A DNA stretch of 64,000 nucleotides from a bacterium (GTDB lineage Bacteria; Electryoneota; Electryoneia; Electryoneales; Electryoneaceae), in the NCBI GenBank assembly GCA_963669175.1, contig OY769902.1:3392001-3456000 (forward strand), written 5' to 3'. Each line of letters begins with the position of its first letter. Position 1 is the first letter of the stretch. Below, piece after piece: positions 38,692 to 48,671 of this stretch. Position numbers and translations under genes: made by a program. A model generated the notes under the pieces. It worked only from the letters and a program-made list of their open reading frames with translations, did not search any database and was not told the DNA's origin.

Positions 38692-39507
38692 ATGAGAGTC
38701 ATACGTCGAAGCATCGCCGCGACCCTCTGCATACTGGTGTTGGGAACGATTGGACAGGCGCAACAAGCCGTTACGGAAAATGTCGGCGATGGTGTCATTG
38801 ACTGGACCAACCAGACAGTTCGAGCTACCGGCTACGCGATTGATGGAGCCGTAGGTGGGCTGCCTGGGAAAGTTCGCGCCGCCAAGCTGGATGCATTGAG
38901 GAAAATTCTTGAGACGGTTAAAGGCGCACGCCTGAACAGTGAAACAACCGTCCGGAATTTCATGTTGGAATCGGACCAGGTGACCATGCGGGTTCAGGGT
39001 ATGGTACAGAACTTCCGCGAGGTAGGTGATCCGGTCTATACTGCCGAAGGTGACCTGGCCATGACCATTGAAATGGACATGCGTGGGCCGGGACAGCTCT
39101 ACGATGTCGTCTTACCGCAAGTCCACCAGTCGCCTCGTATGGTCGGTGGGACCATCAGCAACAATACTGTGTATACAGGTCTGATCATTGACGCTCGTGG
39201 ATTGGGACTGCGTCCCGCGCTTGCGCCACAGGTGTTTGATGAAACAGGCGAAATCGTATATGGTCAGCGTCAGGTAGATCGTGAGTGGTTGCTGAAGTAC
39301 GGCATGGCATCCTACTCGCGCGATATTGCTGACGCACGTGCGAATGACAGAATCGGTGACAATCCACTGGTGGTGTCTGCGAAAGAGGTTACCGGCGCCA
39401 ACCGTACGGATGTCGTTATCGATGATCAGTCTGCCGCTACTCTGCTGGGAGTCAGTGAAAACCTGACTTTCCTGCAGGACTGTCGAGTCATATTCCTGGT
39501 TGACTAA
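38692..39507 (+). CDS. Conserved exported protein (LPP20-like)
   Basis: Signal peptide; GVIDWT...RAAKLDALR...YTGLIIDARGL...PALAP. Confidence 0.65.
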   Translation: MRVIRRSIAATLCILVLGTIGQAQQAVTENVGDGVIDWTNQTVRATGYAIDGAVGGLPGKVRAAKLDALRKILETVKGARLNSETTVRNFMLESDQVTMRVQGMVQNFREVGDPVYTAEGDLAMTIEMDMRGPGQLYDVVLPQVHQSPRMVGGTISNNTVYTGLIIDARGLGLRPALAPQVFDETGEIVYGQRQVDREWLLKYGMASYSRDIADARANDRIGDNPLVVSAKEVTGANRTDVVIDDQSAATLLGVSENLTFLQDCRVIFLVD

Positions 39508-39612
39508 TCTGTTTATAGATGATAGCAGGATGGAGGCTGATCTCTGTCCGGATATGACGGTTGAACATGAAAAAGTCGTGAAAACGCGACCTGAACATGT
39601 GGAGAAAACACC

Positions 39613-40785
39613 ATGAAGAGCATACGAGTACTGCTGCCATTGGCCCTCTTATTCGGCCTTGCGCTTGGAACCGGGTGTAGTAAAAAGCTCGTCAAAGAAT
39701 CCGAACTGGACACCCCGCAGTACCACGTCCGTAAAGGCAAGGAACTGATCGAACGTGGTGACCTGGAAGGGGCGCGAATCTCCTTCGAACGTGCACAGGA
39801 TCTGGATGCTGAATTTGCCCAGGCATATGCCGGACTGGCCATCGTAGAAGCGTTGGAAGGCGAATACGGTGTCGCGCATGATCGTGCCGACCAGGCCATC
39901 CGCCGTGACAAAAAAGATCCCTGGTGCCATGTGGCGCGTGCACAGGTCTATTTGATCGAGAAGCGTGGTAAGACTGAAAAATGGCTGGATAACGTAGAAG
40001 ACAATCTCGAAGAAGCAATCAAGCTGAATCCACGAATGGGCGAAGCCTATTACTGGTGGGGAATGGCCTACCGTGATGCGTTGCAATTCACCGAAGCCGG
40101 CAACAAATTCGCTGAAGTCATCGCATTTAAAGATGACTGGTCCGAAAAGGCTGACAAGCAATACGAGATCATTCAGAAGATCCAGCGCGCGGCGCCGGGT
40201 ACCGAGATCGGGAAGCGTATTGCCCTGGTAGAAGCGATTACACGAGCGGACCTGGCCGTCCTGTTTATGGAAGAGCTGAAACTGCGTGAAGTGCTGAAGA
40301 AGAACCGTCCGATTGAAACTGTAGGGCAGACCTTCGTGCCGCCCACGAACCTGAACGAATATGTCCCCAGCGACGATGAAGGATCACAGGGGGGAGGCAT
40401 CAAGCTCCCGCGTGACGTGCAAGACAACTGGGCGCAGCTCTGGATCAAGGACGTTATCGAGCTGGACGTGATGGAAGTAAGCCCGGACAACAAATTCTAT
40501 CCGGATCGTAACGTCACCCGTGCCGAATTCGCCGTTTTCCTGATGAATATCCTGATTGATGCGCTGCACGAACCTGATCTTATAAATGACTATATAGGCG
40601 AGAGATCACGTTTTAAAGATATCCCGGAAGGCACGGCAGCGTACATCGGTGCGGCGATCGTGGTGGACCGTGGTATCATGGACGCGGACCTGGACGGCTT
40701 GTTCCATCCCACGGATACCGTGAGCGGAGCGGACGCCCTGCTGACTATCCGTAAGTTCCAGAACCGGCTCAGAATGGAGTTCTAA
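39613..40785 (+). CDS. TPR-repeat lipoprotein with C-terminal SLH-like domains
   Basis: Lipobox GTGC; TPR helices; FYPDRNVTRAEFA and FHPTDTVSGADAL. Confidence 0.82.
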   Translation: MKSIRVLLPLALLFGLALGTGCSKKLVKESELDTPQYHVRKGKELIERGDLEGARISFERAQDLDAEFAQAYAGLAIVEALEGEYGVAHDRADQAIRRDKKDPWCHVARAQVYLIEKRGKTEKWLDNVEDNLEEAIKLNPRMGEAYYWWGMAYRDALQFTEAGNKFAEVIAFKDDWSEKADKQYEIIQKIQRAAPGTEIGKRIALVEAITRADLAVLFMEELKLREVLKKNRPIETVGQTFVPPTNLNEYVPSDDEGSQGGGIKLPRDVQDNWAQLWIKDVIELDVMEVSPDNKFYPDRNVTRAEFAVFLMNILIDALHEPDLINDYIGERSRFKDIPEGTAAYIGAAIVVDRGIMDADLDGLFHPTDTVSGADALLTIRKFQNRLRMEF

Positions 40786-40856
40786 AGACTGATTCAGTCG
40801 CTATATAAAGTATTGACTTCAGCTTCAGACAGTTTTGTTAAGACAACTTTGTAGTG

Positions 40857-40890
40857 AAAAGATATCCCCGACTTGTTCGGGGATTTTTTG
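40857..40890 (+). terminator. Intrinsic terminator
   Basis: ATCCCCGA-cttgt-TCGGGGAT followed by a T-run. Confidence 0.8.
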
Positions 40891-40985
40891 TGCGTGGAAG
40901 GATGATTTCGCATCAATACAATTTGAATATGTCATCACCATTCCAATATACCATTCTCGGTTTATATGTCACAGTGCCAACAACA

Positions 40986-41014
40986 TGTCATCCCCGGCTT
41001 GAACGGGGATCTCG
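40986..41014 (+). repeat. REP-like palindrome, perfect inverted copy of 43832-43860
   Basis: TGTCATCCCCGGCTTGAACGGGGATCTCG. Confidence 0.9.
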
Positions 41015-41444
41015 AGGTTCTACTTAAAAGCCGACCACGCGCAGTAGAAGACATATTGGAACTGTCCAAAATCCAGGCCGCATTGTGTGTCAGGATACAG
41101 GATTTCCAAATACGGGAGAGTATTAACGAATTCCGGCCAGGCATGGCCGGGCTACGAAAAACCTGCCCAACAAGAACCAATCCACTTCGCAACACAACCT
41201 GAAAAGCAGGCGCGTCCAGACGCGATTCCGTAACCCGAAACAACACCAGCAGAAAGCCAACCCGGCAGGCAGGATGATTTCTTGGCGTCACTATCCACAC
41301 ACTTAACCACACGTGAGTACGAGAGGGGAACCTTCATAACCCAATAACAACCAAATAATTACCACACGCCTTCAATTATACATAATATAGATTATCGGCA
41401 AGACAATACTGACCATCTCTGTAATTGAAATAACCTGCGACGGA

Positions 41445-42641
41445 TCATTCGTTCTTTGCTTCTATACTTAGCGGATGAATGAACAATTCTGGATTGTTCG
41501 CTTGTAATGGAATTAATAATGCTGAATCAAGTTTTGCTTGGTATAGTGTCCCGGCTTGCCCTAGCTGCTCAACGGTAGCATTAATTACGCCCCTGAGATC
41601 AGCACCAATTAGATCTGCCTTTCCTAGTAAAGTACATTCTATGTTGGCACCACTAAGAAAAACCTTCTCAAGATGTGTATGCCTTAGGTCAGCATAACAA
41701 AGGTCTGCACCACCAAGGTAAGCGCCACTAAGATTAGCACACCAGAGTTGCGTTCTGGAAAGATTTGCGCCACCTGTTTTTAGATCTGCACCACCAAGGT
41801 AAGCACCGCTGAGATTAGTGTACCAAAGAATAGAATTTTCTATATTTGCACTCCATAAGTTAGCGTTACTTAGGTCCGCGCTACAGAGGTTGGCATCGCG
41901 AAGATCACTATCCTTAAGATTTATACCGCTAAGGTCTGCATCTCTTATGTCCGCACTATTAAGGTTCGCATCTCTAAGGTTGGAGGCACTAACATTGGCT
42001 TTTCTTAGGATAACGCCGTTGAGATTTGCGCCTCTTAGGATGACGTTACTAAGGTCAGCACTGCTCAAATTGGTTCTGTGAAAATTAGCCTCATATAAAT
42101 TCTGACAACCTGATAAATCAATTCCATCTAGGTTCAAGCTGTCAAGATTTTCTTTCCATATTTCAACAATTTCCTTTGTTTGCTCCACCCCTTCTTCGTA
42201 TCTAGACATATTGCCAAATGCCAAAGCTATTGATATCGGATCAAACAAGTCAGGTTTGGTAGGGCAACTCATCTGTTGGATTGCGGGAATTCGTTCCAAG
42301 GCTTTACCGCGGCTTTCTGGTGATCCAAGTTGGTCCACAACGGAGCTGATCCTGTTTTCTATAATATCTATTCTGTTCTCATAGCGTTGTGAGGCGATAC
42401 CGAACAGGGCGACATAAATTCCGAGAAACCAGATGAAAAATGTTGGTGGTGGTAGTGGTTTGTCCCATTCGCCTGTGTTTGGGTTCTTTGCACGTAGATA
42501 TGATTTATACTTCCAAGGCTCAAATATTCTACTGGCAATTGCTCGTATTCCCAGGAAATCCCAGAATATTAGAGCTGCTATGATTTTCCATCTTTCTTCC
42601 GGACTTCTGTCTTTCAAGATATTGCTGACAAATTGCCGCAT
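41445..42641 (-). CDS. Pentapeptide-repeat membrane protein
   Basis: Many A(D/N)L.. pentapeptides after TM segments; GGAGGA before ATG 42641; AT-rich. Confidence 0.9.
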   Translation of the reverse strand: MRQFVSNILKDRSPEERWKIIAALIFWDFLGIRAIASRIFEPWKYKSYLRAKNPNTGEWDKPLPPPTFFIWFLGIYVALFGIASQRYENRIDIIENRISSVVDQLGSPESRGKALERIPAIQQMSCPTKPDLFDPISIALAFGNMSRYEEGVEQTKEIVEIWKENLDSLNLDGIDLSGCQNLYEANFHRTNLSSADLSNVILRGANLNGVILRKANVSASNLRDANLNSADIRDADLSGINLKDSDLRDANLCSADLSNANLWSANIENSILWYTNLSGAYLGGADLKTGGANLSRTQLWCANLSGAYLGGADLCYADLRHTHLEKVFLSGANIECTLLGKADLIGADLRGVINATVEQLGQAGTLYQAKLDSALLIPLQANNPELFIHPLSIEAKNE

Positions 42642-42866
42642 CCATCCTCCCTGGCAAATGTTGAATTGTGCAATATCCCAGTATAAATACATTACTAGCA
42701 AATTGCTAAGCCCCCAGTGGATTTTATCCAAGACAAATAGCTGTGCGTTCTTTTATTAGAGTTGTGTATCTTTGCTCTGTGGGCGTATTTTTTGAAAGGA
42801 TTCAAAAGAAGTGATATGATTGAAACGTGTTTGCCCGGTTCGCGATTACCATTCCCGGAGGGTTCG

Positions 42867-43376
42867 ATGGGGTTCGTACAGCGATGTTTTTCATCAAGTC
42901 ACAATAAGATTCTTATGCTCATTCCAATTGTGATGATATGCTTATTCATGTTTGGTTGTAGTGATGATGATGACGATGACTACGAGAATGAGAATCCATT
43001 TCTGAATGTTGCCGATGATCTGGCAGGTTCCACCTGGGTGAATAGTGCGGATTCGACAGATACGTTGTATTTCCTGCTTGAGCCCTATGAGCAGTCGGAG
43101 ATTCCTGGCGCTTTGGTGAATGCCCGACGAATGATCTACGAGCAATACCATTACGAGTTATTCGTTGAGATAATTGATGAGAACCATATTGATGTGGATT
43201 TTTTGACTGAGGTTATAAGAGGTACTTATGGCTGGTTTTATGGCTATCCTCCTGAAGACCAGGTAATGAATTTTAATATTAACGATTCGCTTGACCAATT
43301 CACCATTTCCGGTTTTACCGGTAGTCTTGGAACTTCGCGTTGGGAGGATATAACCTTCAAGAAAATAGCGAATTAG
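42867..43376 (+). CDS. Hypothetical lipoprotein
   Basis: Hydrophobic stretch with lipobox MFGC and Asp-rich linker; start uncertain. Confidence 0.6.
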   Translation: MGFVQRCFSSSHNKILMLIPIVMICLFMFGCSDDDDDDYENENPFLNVADDLAGSTWVNSADSTDTLYFLLEPYEQSEIPGALVNARRMIYEQYHYELFVEIIDENHIDVDFLTEVIRGTYGWFYGYPPEDQVMNFNINDSLDQFTISGFTGSLGTSRWEDITFKKIAN

Positions 43377-43396
43377 CGCATATCCCCTGTTTCTAT

Positions 43397-43597
43397 TTAC
43401 TGATCATGTTTCTGCACCGTTTTCATCACGTGCATGCTTCCATCCCGGTGCAGGTCCATGGTTACGATTACATCGTTCGTTTCCGCTTCCACCAGCCAGC
43501 CGTCCGACGAGTCCATCAGCACAAGGACACGTTTCCAGTCCGGATTGGTGTCAAACTCTTTCAACCACTGTTTCAGGGATTTGTGATGTTTGAGCAT
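43397..43597 (-). CDS. Small hypothetical protein
   Basis: 66 codons with protein-like composition; start uncertain. Confidence 0.4.
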   Translation of the reverse strand: MLKHHKSLKQWLKEFDTNPDWKRVLVLMDSSDGWLVEAETNDVIVTMDLHRDGSMHVMKTVQKHDQ

Positions 43598-43631
43598 GGT
43601 TTCGTAGATATGTTTGAACGTCCTACGGAGC

Positions 43632-43658
43632 AGATCCCCGCCTTCGCTGGGGATGACA
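43632..43658 (-). repeat. REP-like palindrome
   Basis: Minus strand reads TGTCATCCCCAGCGAAGGCGGGGATCT. Confidence 0.85.
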
Positions 43659-43831
43659 TTGCAATATAGTTTGTATAAGACTTTAGGCCTTGGACTCTTT
43701 CTCAGCCCAGGAATCAACGGTGAATATAAGTTCTGAAGTGGAAAGTGAAAAAGGTAAAAGAACAACCGCTCTTCCCTGCTCGCTATTATTTTCTGGCGTT
43801 TCTACAGCTTAGACATTTATTCGTAAAACAA

Positions 43832-43860
43832 CGAGATCCCCGTTCAAGCCGGGGATGACA
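43832..43860 (-). repeat. REP-like palindrome
   Basis: Exact reverse complement of 40986-41014. Confidence 0.9.
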
Positions 43861-44052
43861 GAATAGGATAGTTCAGCATGCAGTCGTTTAGTGTACCTAC
43901 AATATACACTGCATCAAGGCATAGCTAATTCCCTTCAACAACTTCAGAACTTTTCAACTTTCAAACTTTACAACTACAGACAGAGAAAGTGACCTCCCTA
44001 TTCAGGAAGGCCACTCGCAGCAAACGTGCTGAAAACTTCTCTAGTACCGTAG

Positions 44053-44403
44053 TTAGGCGGCTTTGACCTGTTCGACCAGTGCGCCGAAGGCGGCTTCGTC
44101 GGTGAAGGCCAGGAATGCCAAGGCTTTGCGGTCCAGTTCGATGTTCTTTTCTTTCATCTTGAACATGAACTCGCTATAGCTCATTCCGTGCATGCGGACG
44201 GCTGCGTTGATACGTGTGATCCACAGCTTACGCATTTCACGACGGCGGACGCGACGGTCACGGAAAGAGAATTGACCGGCACGATCATAGGCACGCTTTG
44301 CGGCCCTTACGGTATTCTTCGCGCGTCCGAAGTAGCCCTTGTTGTGCTTGAAGACTTTCTTACGGCGTTGCTTGGACGCTGGATTGTTCGTTGCGCGTGG
44401 CAT
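44053..44403 (-). CDS. rplT: 50S ribosomal protein L20
   Basis: MPRA...KGYFG...RKLWITRINAA...DRKALA. Confidence 0.98.
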   Translation of the reverse strand: MPRATNNPASKQRRKKVFKHNKGYFGRAKNTVRAAKRAYDRAGQFSFRDRRVRRREMRKLWITRINAAVRMHGMSYSEFMFKMKEKNIELDRKALAFLAFTDEAAFGALVEQVKAA

Positions 44404-44418
44404 GAGTACTGCTTCCTG

Positions 44419-44610
44419 TTAAACGATCAACTTCTTGACGCGTGGCACATCAACCTGGGCAACCAGACCGGCTTTGCGCAGTTTGCGCTTACGGCCGCGC
44501 GGCTTCTTGGTCAAAATATGGCTTTTGTAGCTATGGTTGCAGCGAATCTTGCCGGTTCCCGTTTTACGGAAACGCTTCTTTGCTGCACGGTTTGACTTCA
44601 TCTTCGGCAT
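44419..44610 (-). CDS. rpmI: 50S ribosomal protein L35
   Basis: [19 protein letters not shown]...HILTKK. Confidence 0.98.
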   Translation of the reverse strand: MPKMKSNRAAKKRFRKTGTGKIRCNHSYKSHILTKKPRGRKRKLRKAGLVAQVDVPRVKKLIV

Positions 44611-44628
44611 TTCTATCGACCTTCCCTT

Positions 44629-45171
44629 TTACTTCTTCTGCAGGGTGACCACCATGTTGCGCTGGCCTTCCATCTGCACCTTGCCTTCGACCTTGGCAAC
44701 ATCCGCAGTCGACTCAACAAAGCGGTCAATGACCTCACGACCCAGATCTTTATGAGTGACCATACGGCCCTTGAACAGAACCGTAATTTTCACTTTGTCG
44801 CCGTCGTCAATGAACCCGCGTACCGCTTTGAGTTTAAATTCAAAATCGTGATCATCAATCTTGGGAGTGACACGGATTTTTTTGATCTGTGTCTGATGCC
44901 CTTTTTTACGGCTAATACGCTCCTTTTTCGCCAAATCATACAGGAACTTGCCGTAATCCATTATTCTCGCCACGGGCGGTTCTGCCTTGGGGGCGATTTC
45001 AACCAGATCCAGCTCATGCTCCTGCGCCATTTTTAGCGCTTTGTGCGTATCGGTAATGCCGACCTGATTTCCCTCTGGGTCAATCAGCCGAACCTTTCGC
45101 ACCTGGATCTGTTCATTAACCCGATGTGCTGAAGGGGCGGCAATAGCCCCACCACGTTCCCGTAAAGCGAT
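44629..45171 (-). CDS. infC: Translation initiation factor IF-3 (non-AUG start, ATC 45171 or ATT 45144)
   Basis: RVNEQI..VRLID...DLVEIAP...PPVARIMDYGKF; no in-frame ATG upstream of the conserved N-terminus. Confidence 0.95.
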   Translation of the reverse strand: MALRERGGAIAAPSAHRVNEQIQVRKVRLIDPEGNQVGITDTHKALKMAQEHELDLVEIAPKAEPPVARIMDYGKFLYDLAKKERISRKKGHQTQIKKIRVTPKIDDHDFEFKLKAVRGFIDDGDKVKITVLFKGRMVTHKDLGREVIDRFVESTADVAKVEGKVQMEGQRNMVVTLQKK

Positions 45172-45216
45172 GAGCGTTTCTCCCTGTTATTCCTGTTAAG
45201 ATACTTACTGAAAATG

Positions 45217-45291
45217 TGGGCGATACTGGACTCGAACCAGTGACCTCTGCCATGTCAAGACAGCGCTCTAACCAAGCTGAGCTAATCGCCC
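45217..45291 (-). tRNA. tRNA-Val (GAC)
   Basis: GGGCGATTAGCTCAG...CTGTC-TTGACAT-GGCAG...GTTCGAGTCC. Confidence 0.93.
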
Positions 45292-45340
45292 ATGTCCGCG
45301 TTCAGGTGGCTGGCGCTTCACCGTGCCCCCGAAACTTCGG

Positions 45341-45423
45341 TGCCGGGAGCCGGACTCGAACCGGCACGGGGATACCCCCGGGAGATTTTAAGTCTCCTGT
45401 GTCTGCCATTCCACCACCCCGGC
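45341..45423 (-). tRNA. tRNA-Leu (TAA)
   Basis: GCCGGGGTGGTGGAATGG...GGAGA-CTTAAAA-TCTCC with long variable arm. Confidence 0.93.
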
Positions 45424-45481
45424 GGAAGGTACGACTGTTAAGAACGAATCAGGACGGTTAAACTTCGATCCGTCCCTCTCC

Positions 45482-45557
45482 TGGAGGCGACGGCCGGATT
45501 CGAACCGGCGAATAGTGGTTTTGCAGACCACCGCCTTAGCCACTTGGCTACGTCGCC
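45482..45557 (-). tRNA. tRNA-Cys (GCA)
   Basis: GGCGACGTAGCCAAG...GTGGT-CTGCAAA-ACCAC...TCCA. Confidence 0.93.
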
Positions 45558-45662
45558 CGGCCCACCTGATCAAAGAAAAGGAAACGGTTGTACGGATTCA
45601 AAAAACGACTGCCGCAACACTCCCAGCAGTCGTTTAAAACTTAGGCCGTTTCCTGGCGGTTC

Positions 45663-45738
45663 TGGAGCGAGAGACCGGACTCGAACCGGCGACAACCACG
45701 TTGGCAACGTGGAGCTCTACCAACTGAGCTACTCTCGC
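45663..45738 (-). tRNA. tRNA-Gly (GCC)
   Basis: GCGAGAGTAGCTCAG...CCACG-TTGCCAA-CGTGG...TCCA. Confidence 0.93.
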
Positions 45739-45832
45739 ATCACCTTACATCACACAAATGTAAAACTTCAAAAAGCCGATGACAACCCACACCGAGACCG
45801 AAAATGGCTCTCAATGGTATCAGACTTGCCCT

Positions 45833-46072
45833 CTACGGTTTTTCCTGCTCGGGATCCGAACCTTCCAAAGAACCGTCTGTCGCTTCTTCCGCTGCCTGCG
45901 ATTCCTCCCCAATGGCCTCAGCGCTGTCCCAGCCATAAAGGGCTTTGTTTCGCACACGCTTGCGCAGCTTACGGTACTTCTGCTGCTGCTGGCGTCCGGC
46001 ACGCATGAAAACGAAGATGATCACACTGCAAAGTGTAATCAGTACCGCTGTCCAAATAACACTGCTCGTCAT
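45833..46072 (-). CDS. Small single-pass membrane protein inside the tRNA cluster
   Basis: N-terminal TM helix, basic segment, acidic tail. Confidence 0.55.
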   Translation of the reverse strand: MTSSVIWTAVLITLCSVIIFVFMRAGRQQQQKYRKLRKRVRNKALYGWDSAEAIGEESQAAEEATDGSLEGSDPEQEKP

Positions 46073-46092
46073 CGGCTGCTCGAGCTTCTTTG

Positions 46093-46165
46093 TGGAGCCT
46101 AGCGGGATCGAACCGCTGACCTCCTGAATGCCATTCAGGCGCTCTCCCAGCTGAGCTAAGGCCCC
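46093..46165 (-). tRNA. tRNA-Ala (GGC)
   Basis: GGGGCCTTAGCTCAGCTGGGAGAGCG-CCTGA-ATGGCAT-TCAGG...GTTCGATCCC. Confidence 0.93.
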
Positions 46166-46258
46166 ATCCGCTTTTATCCGCTGGAAACGCGAATATAGCG
46201 GAGATCGTTATCTAAAGTCAAACCCTGTTGAGACAATGGCTCTCGGCCACTCCCACAA

Positions 46259-46696
46259 CTATTTCAACACCAGCACCGGAACTGTTGATACATGTACCAC
46301 ATGTTCCGCAACAGAACCCAGAAACGCTTCCTTCAAGTTGGTGCGCCCCTTGGATTTCATCACGATCACATCCGCGTCAATCTCTTCCGCGACCTGGGTG
46401 ATCCTCTCGCGTGGCGAGCCTTCACGAAGCAAAACTGTACACATCTCACCCGCATTCTCCGCAGTAATCATCTCATCGATGATCTTACGACTGGCAGTTG
46501 CACGCTCCGCCATGTAGTCCTGATACGACTGAGGACTGATCCGCAGGAATTGCATTTCTGACTTATTCAGAAACTCTTCGTGAATGTTCAGAACAGTAAT
46601 CTTTCCGCCATAAGTCTTCGCCAGGTTCACGGCCGCCTGGAAGCCACCGTTGGACATCGCCGAAGTATCTGTAGGAAACAAAATATGTTTAAACAT
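46259..46696 (-). CDS. Universal stress protein (UspA family)
   Basis: FKHILFPTD...ADVIVM...FLGSVAEHVV...PVLV. Confidence 0.93.
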   Translation of the reverse strand: MFKHILFPTDTSAMSNGGFQAAVNLAKTYGGKITVLNIHEEFLNKSEMQFLRISPQSYQDYMAERATASRKIIDEMITAENAGEMCTVLLREGSPRERITQVAEEIDADVIVMKSKGRTNLKEAFLGSVAEHVVHVSTVPVLVLK

Positions 46697-46742
46697 CGTA
46701 GCCTCCTCCCTCCCGTTATCACGGGAAGGTTACAGGTTCATG

Positions 46743-48470
46743 CTACAAATAAAAGACGAATGTAACTGCGATAAACAGTGTTCCAAGAATACCAAGTGAC
46801 CAGAGCATATATCCGAAGAAGCTCGGCATGGTGATCTTGTTTTCTTCAGCAATGCTGCGAACCATGAAGTTCGGAGCATTGCCGATATAAGTCATGGCGC
46901 CAAAGAACACGGCGCCCACGGAAATCGCGGTCAGACGCGCGACAAACATATCCGTATGCGGACCATGCGGAACCTGGTGCGTAAGAATCTTGTTGACCAG
47001 CATATCCTGGTACGTCACACTGCTTAACATACTCATTTCGGGCAACCAGTCCGGCTTGGCCAGTAACCATTCCGGTGGCGCTGCGGTCAGGGCATTCACC
47101 AATTGTCCCTGCGCCTGGTTATAAAATACCAGGTATGTCGGTGCATTATCCAGGAAGGATGACAGTGCGCCTGTGACCCAATAGAACTGCCAGGGCTCCT
47201 TCACAACGGCAACCAGGCTGGCCAGAGCGCCGGTTTCCCCGGCCTTCAAGATGGCCAGTGCAGGGATAATGGTCATGAAGATCCCGGCAAACAGGTAAGC
47301 CACCTCCTGAATCGGGAACCAGGTAAAACCGTTATCGTCACGAATCTTCTTCGACGTTGTCTTCACCGACAGGTAAACCATCATCAGGATAAACAGGTCA
47401 CGTACAATCGAACTGTACTCAATATGTACGCCCAGCAGTGTAACCTGCCCGAAGTGAACCAGGCCGCTGAACAGAACAGCGCCCATCACGCCAAGCAGGA
47501 AAATCAGGTTGTGAAGACCTTCCAGCTTGATCGGTTCGCTTTCGCCATGTTCAGCCAGAGATTTCTCGAGGTTGTCCTTCTCGCGATTATAGAGAACTGT
47601 GTCAACCACAAAGAAAAGGATCAGAAGCCAGACAGCGGCAAATCCCAACTCTGGCAACAAGTGCATGGTCCAGAAGAACGGCACCCCATGCAAGAAGCCC
47701 AGGAACAGCGGCGGATCACCCAATGGCGTCAGGGAACCACCAATATTGCTGACCAGGAAGATAAAAAAGATGATGACGTGCATTTTGCTCTTGCGGGCCT
47801 TGTTGGCGCGAATCACGGGACGGATCAGGAGCATTGATGCGCCGGTTGTTCCCATCCAGGAAGCCAGTACTGTACCGATGATCAGGAACATCAGGTTCGT
47901 AGCCGGCTTCCCGACCAAAGTTCCACGCAACAGGATACCACCGGAAGCGGTGAATAATCCAAGCAGAAGAACAATGAACGGGATATAGTCCGCAAGGTAA
48001 ATGTGGGCAATCTGGTGAACCGCTTCCCCTTTATAGAAAATCAGGAACGGGATCGCAAATACGAGCGCCCAGAACAATGAAATCTTGGGGAAATGATGAT
48101 GCCAGAAATGGGGAGCAAACAGCGGGAAGAGCGCAATGGAAAGCAGGATTCCAGCAAATGGAATCGCACTCCACAGTGGCAGTTCTTCACCAATATTTCG
48201 ATGTCCGCCGCCATGCTCGCCATGTCCCTCACCATGAGCCGCCTCTTCATGCTCCATATGCTCAAGGTCCGCTTCCGGATCAACTTCCACCGGAGAATCC
48301 TGGGCGCCTATATCATGATGCGCGTCCACCCCTTCTTCAGATTGTACCGCTGCCTCATGTCCTTCGTGGTGTTCATCCTGCGCGAATGCAAACTGCACAC
48401 CGAACAACACCAGCCCTACCACCAGCAACATCACTGCTGTGTGCCGTGCTTTCAGCCTGTTCATCAGCAT
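46743..48470 (-). CDS. Sodium:proton antiporter (ion-transporter superfamily) with His-rich N-terminus
   Basis: GTTGASMLLIRP, SNIGGSLTPLGDPPLFLG, SSFLDNAPTY, GAMTYIGNAPN. Confidence 0.88.
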   Translation of the reverse strand: MLMNRLKARHTAVMLLVVGLVLFGVQFAFAQDEHHEGHEAAVQSEEGVDAHHDIGAQDSPVEVDPEADLEHMEHEEAAHGEGHGEHGGGHRNIGEELPLWSAIPFAGILLSIALFPLFAPHFWHHHFPKISLFWALVFAIPFLIFYKGEAVHQIAHIYLADYIPFIVLLLGLFTASGGILLRGTLVGKPATNLMFLIIGTVLASWMGTTGASMLLIRPVIRANKARKSKMHVIIFFIFLVSNIGGSLTPLGDPPLFLGFLHGVPFFWTMHLLPELGFAAVWLLILFFVVDTVLYNREKDNLEKSLAEHGESEPIKLEGLHNLIFLLGVMGAVLFSGLVHFGQVTLLGVHIEYSSIVRDLFILMMVYLSVKTTSKKIRDDNGFTWFPIQEVAYLFAGIFMTIIPALAILKAGETGALASLVAVVKEPWQFYWVTGALSSFLDNAPTYLVFYNQAQGQLVNALTAAPPEWLLAKPDWLPEMSMLSSVTYQDMLVNKILTHQVPHGPHTDMFVARLTAISVGAVFFGAMTYIGNAPNFMVRSIAEENKITMPSFFGYMLWSLGILGTLFIAVTFVFYL

Positions 48471-48671
48471 GGGCCATCCCCTTTTGCCGTATTTTCCCAA
48501 CCCGGGTTGCCGCAATATATCGAGAGCTCCCTGTGTTCTTGTCCCGATACATTTACGAATACGTCATGCGAAGTTGAAAGGTACAGCTTAAAAAAAAACA
48601 GGGCAATAAAGTATGCTCGGATGAAGAGAGGATATGTGCATGTTTTCAGGTGGAAATAATTCAAGCAGGAA

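Noticed and set aside
41152-41337. Cys/Gly/Ser-rich 61-aa ORF as a RiPP precursor
   Set aside because: No clear RBS, leader motif or neighbouring maturases; likely spurious
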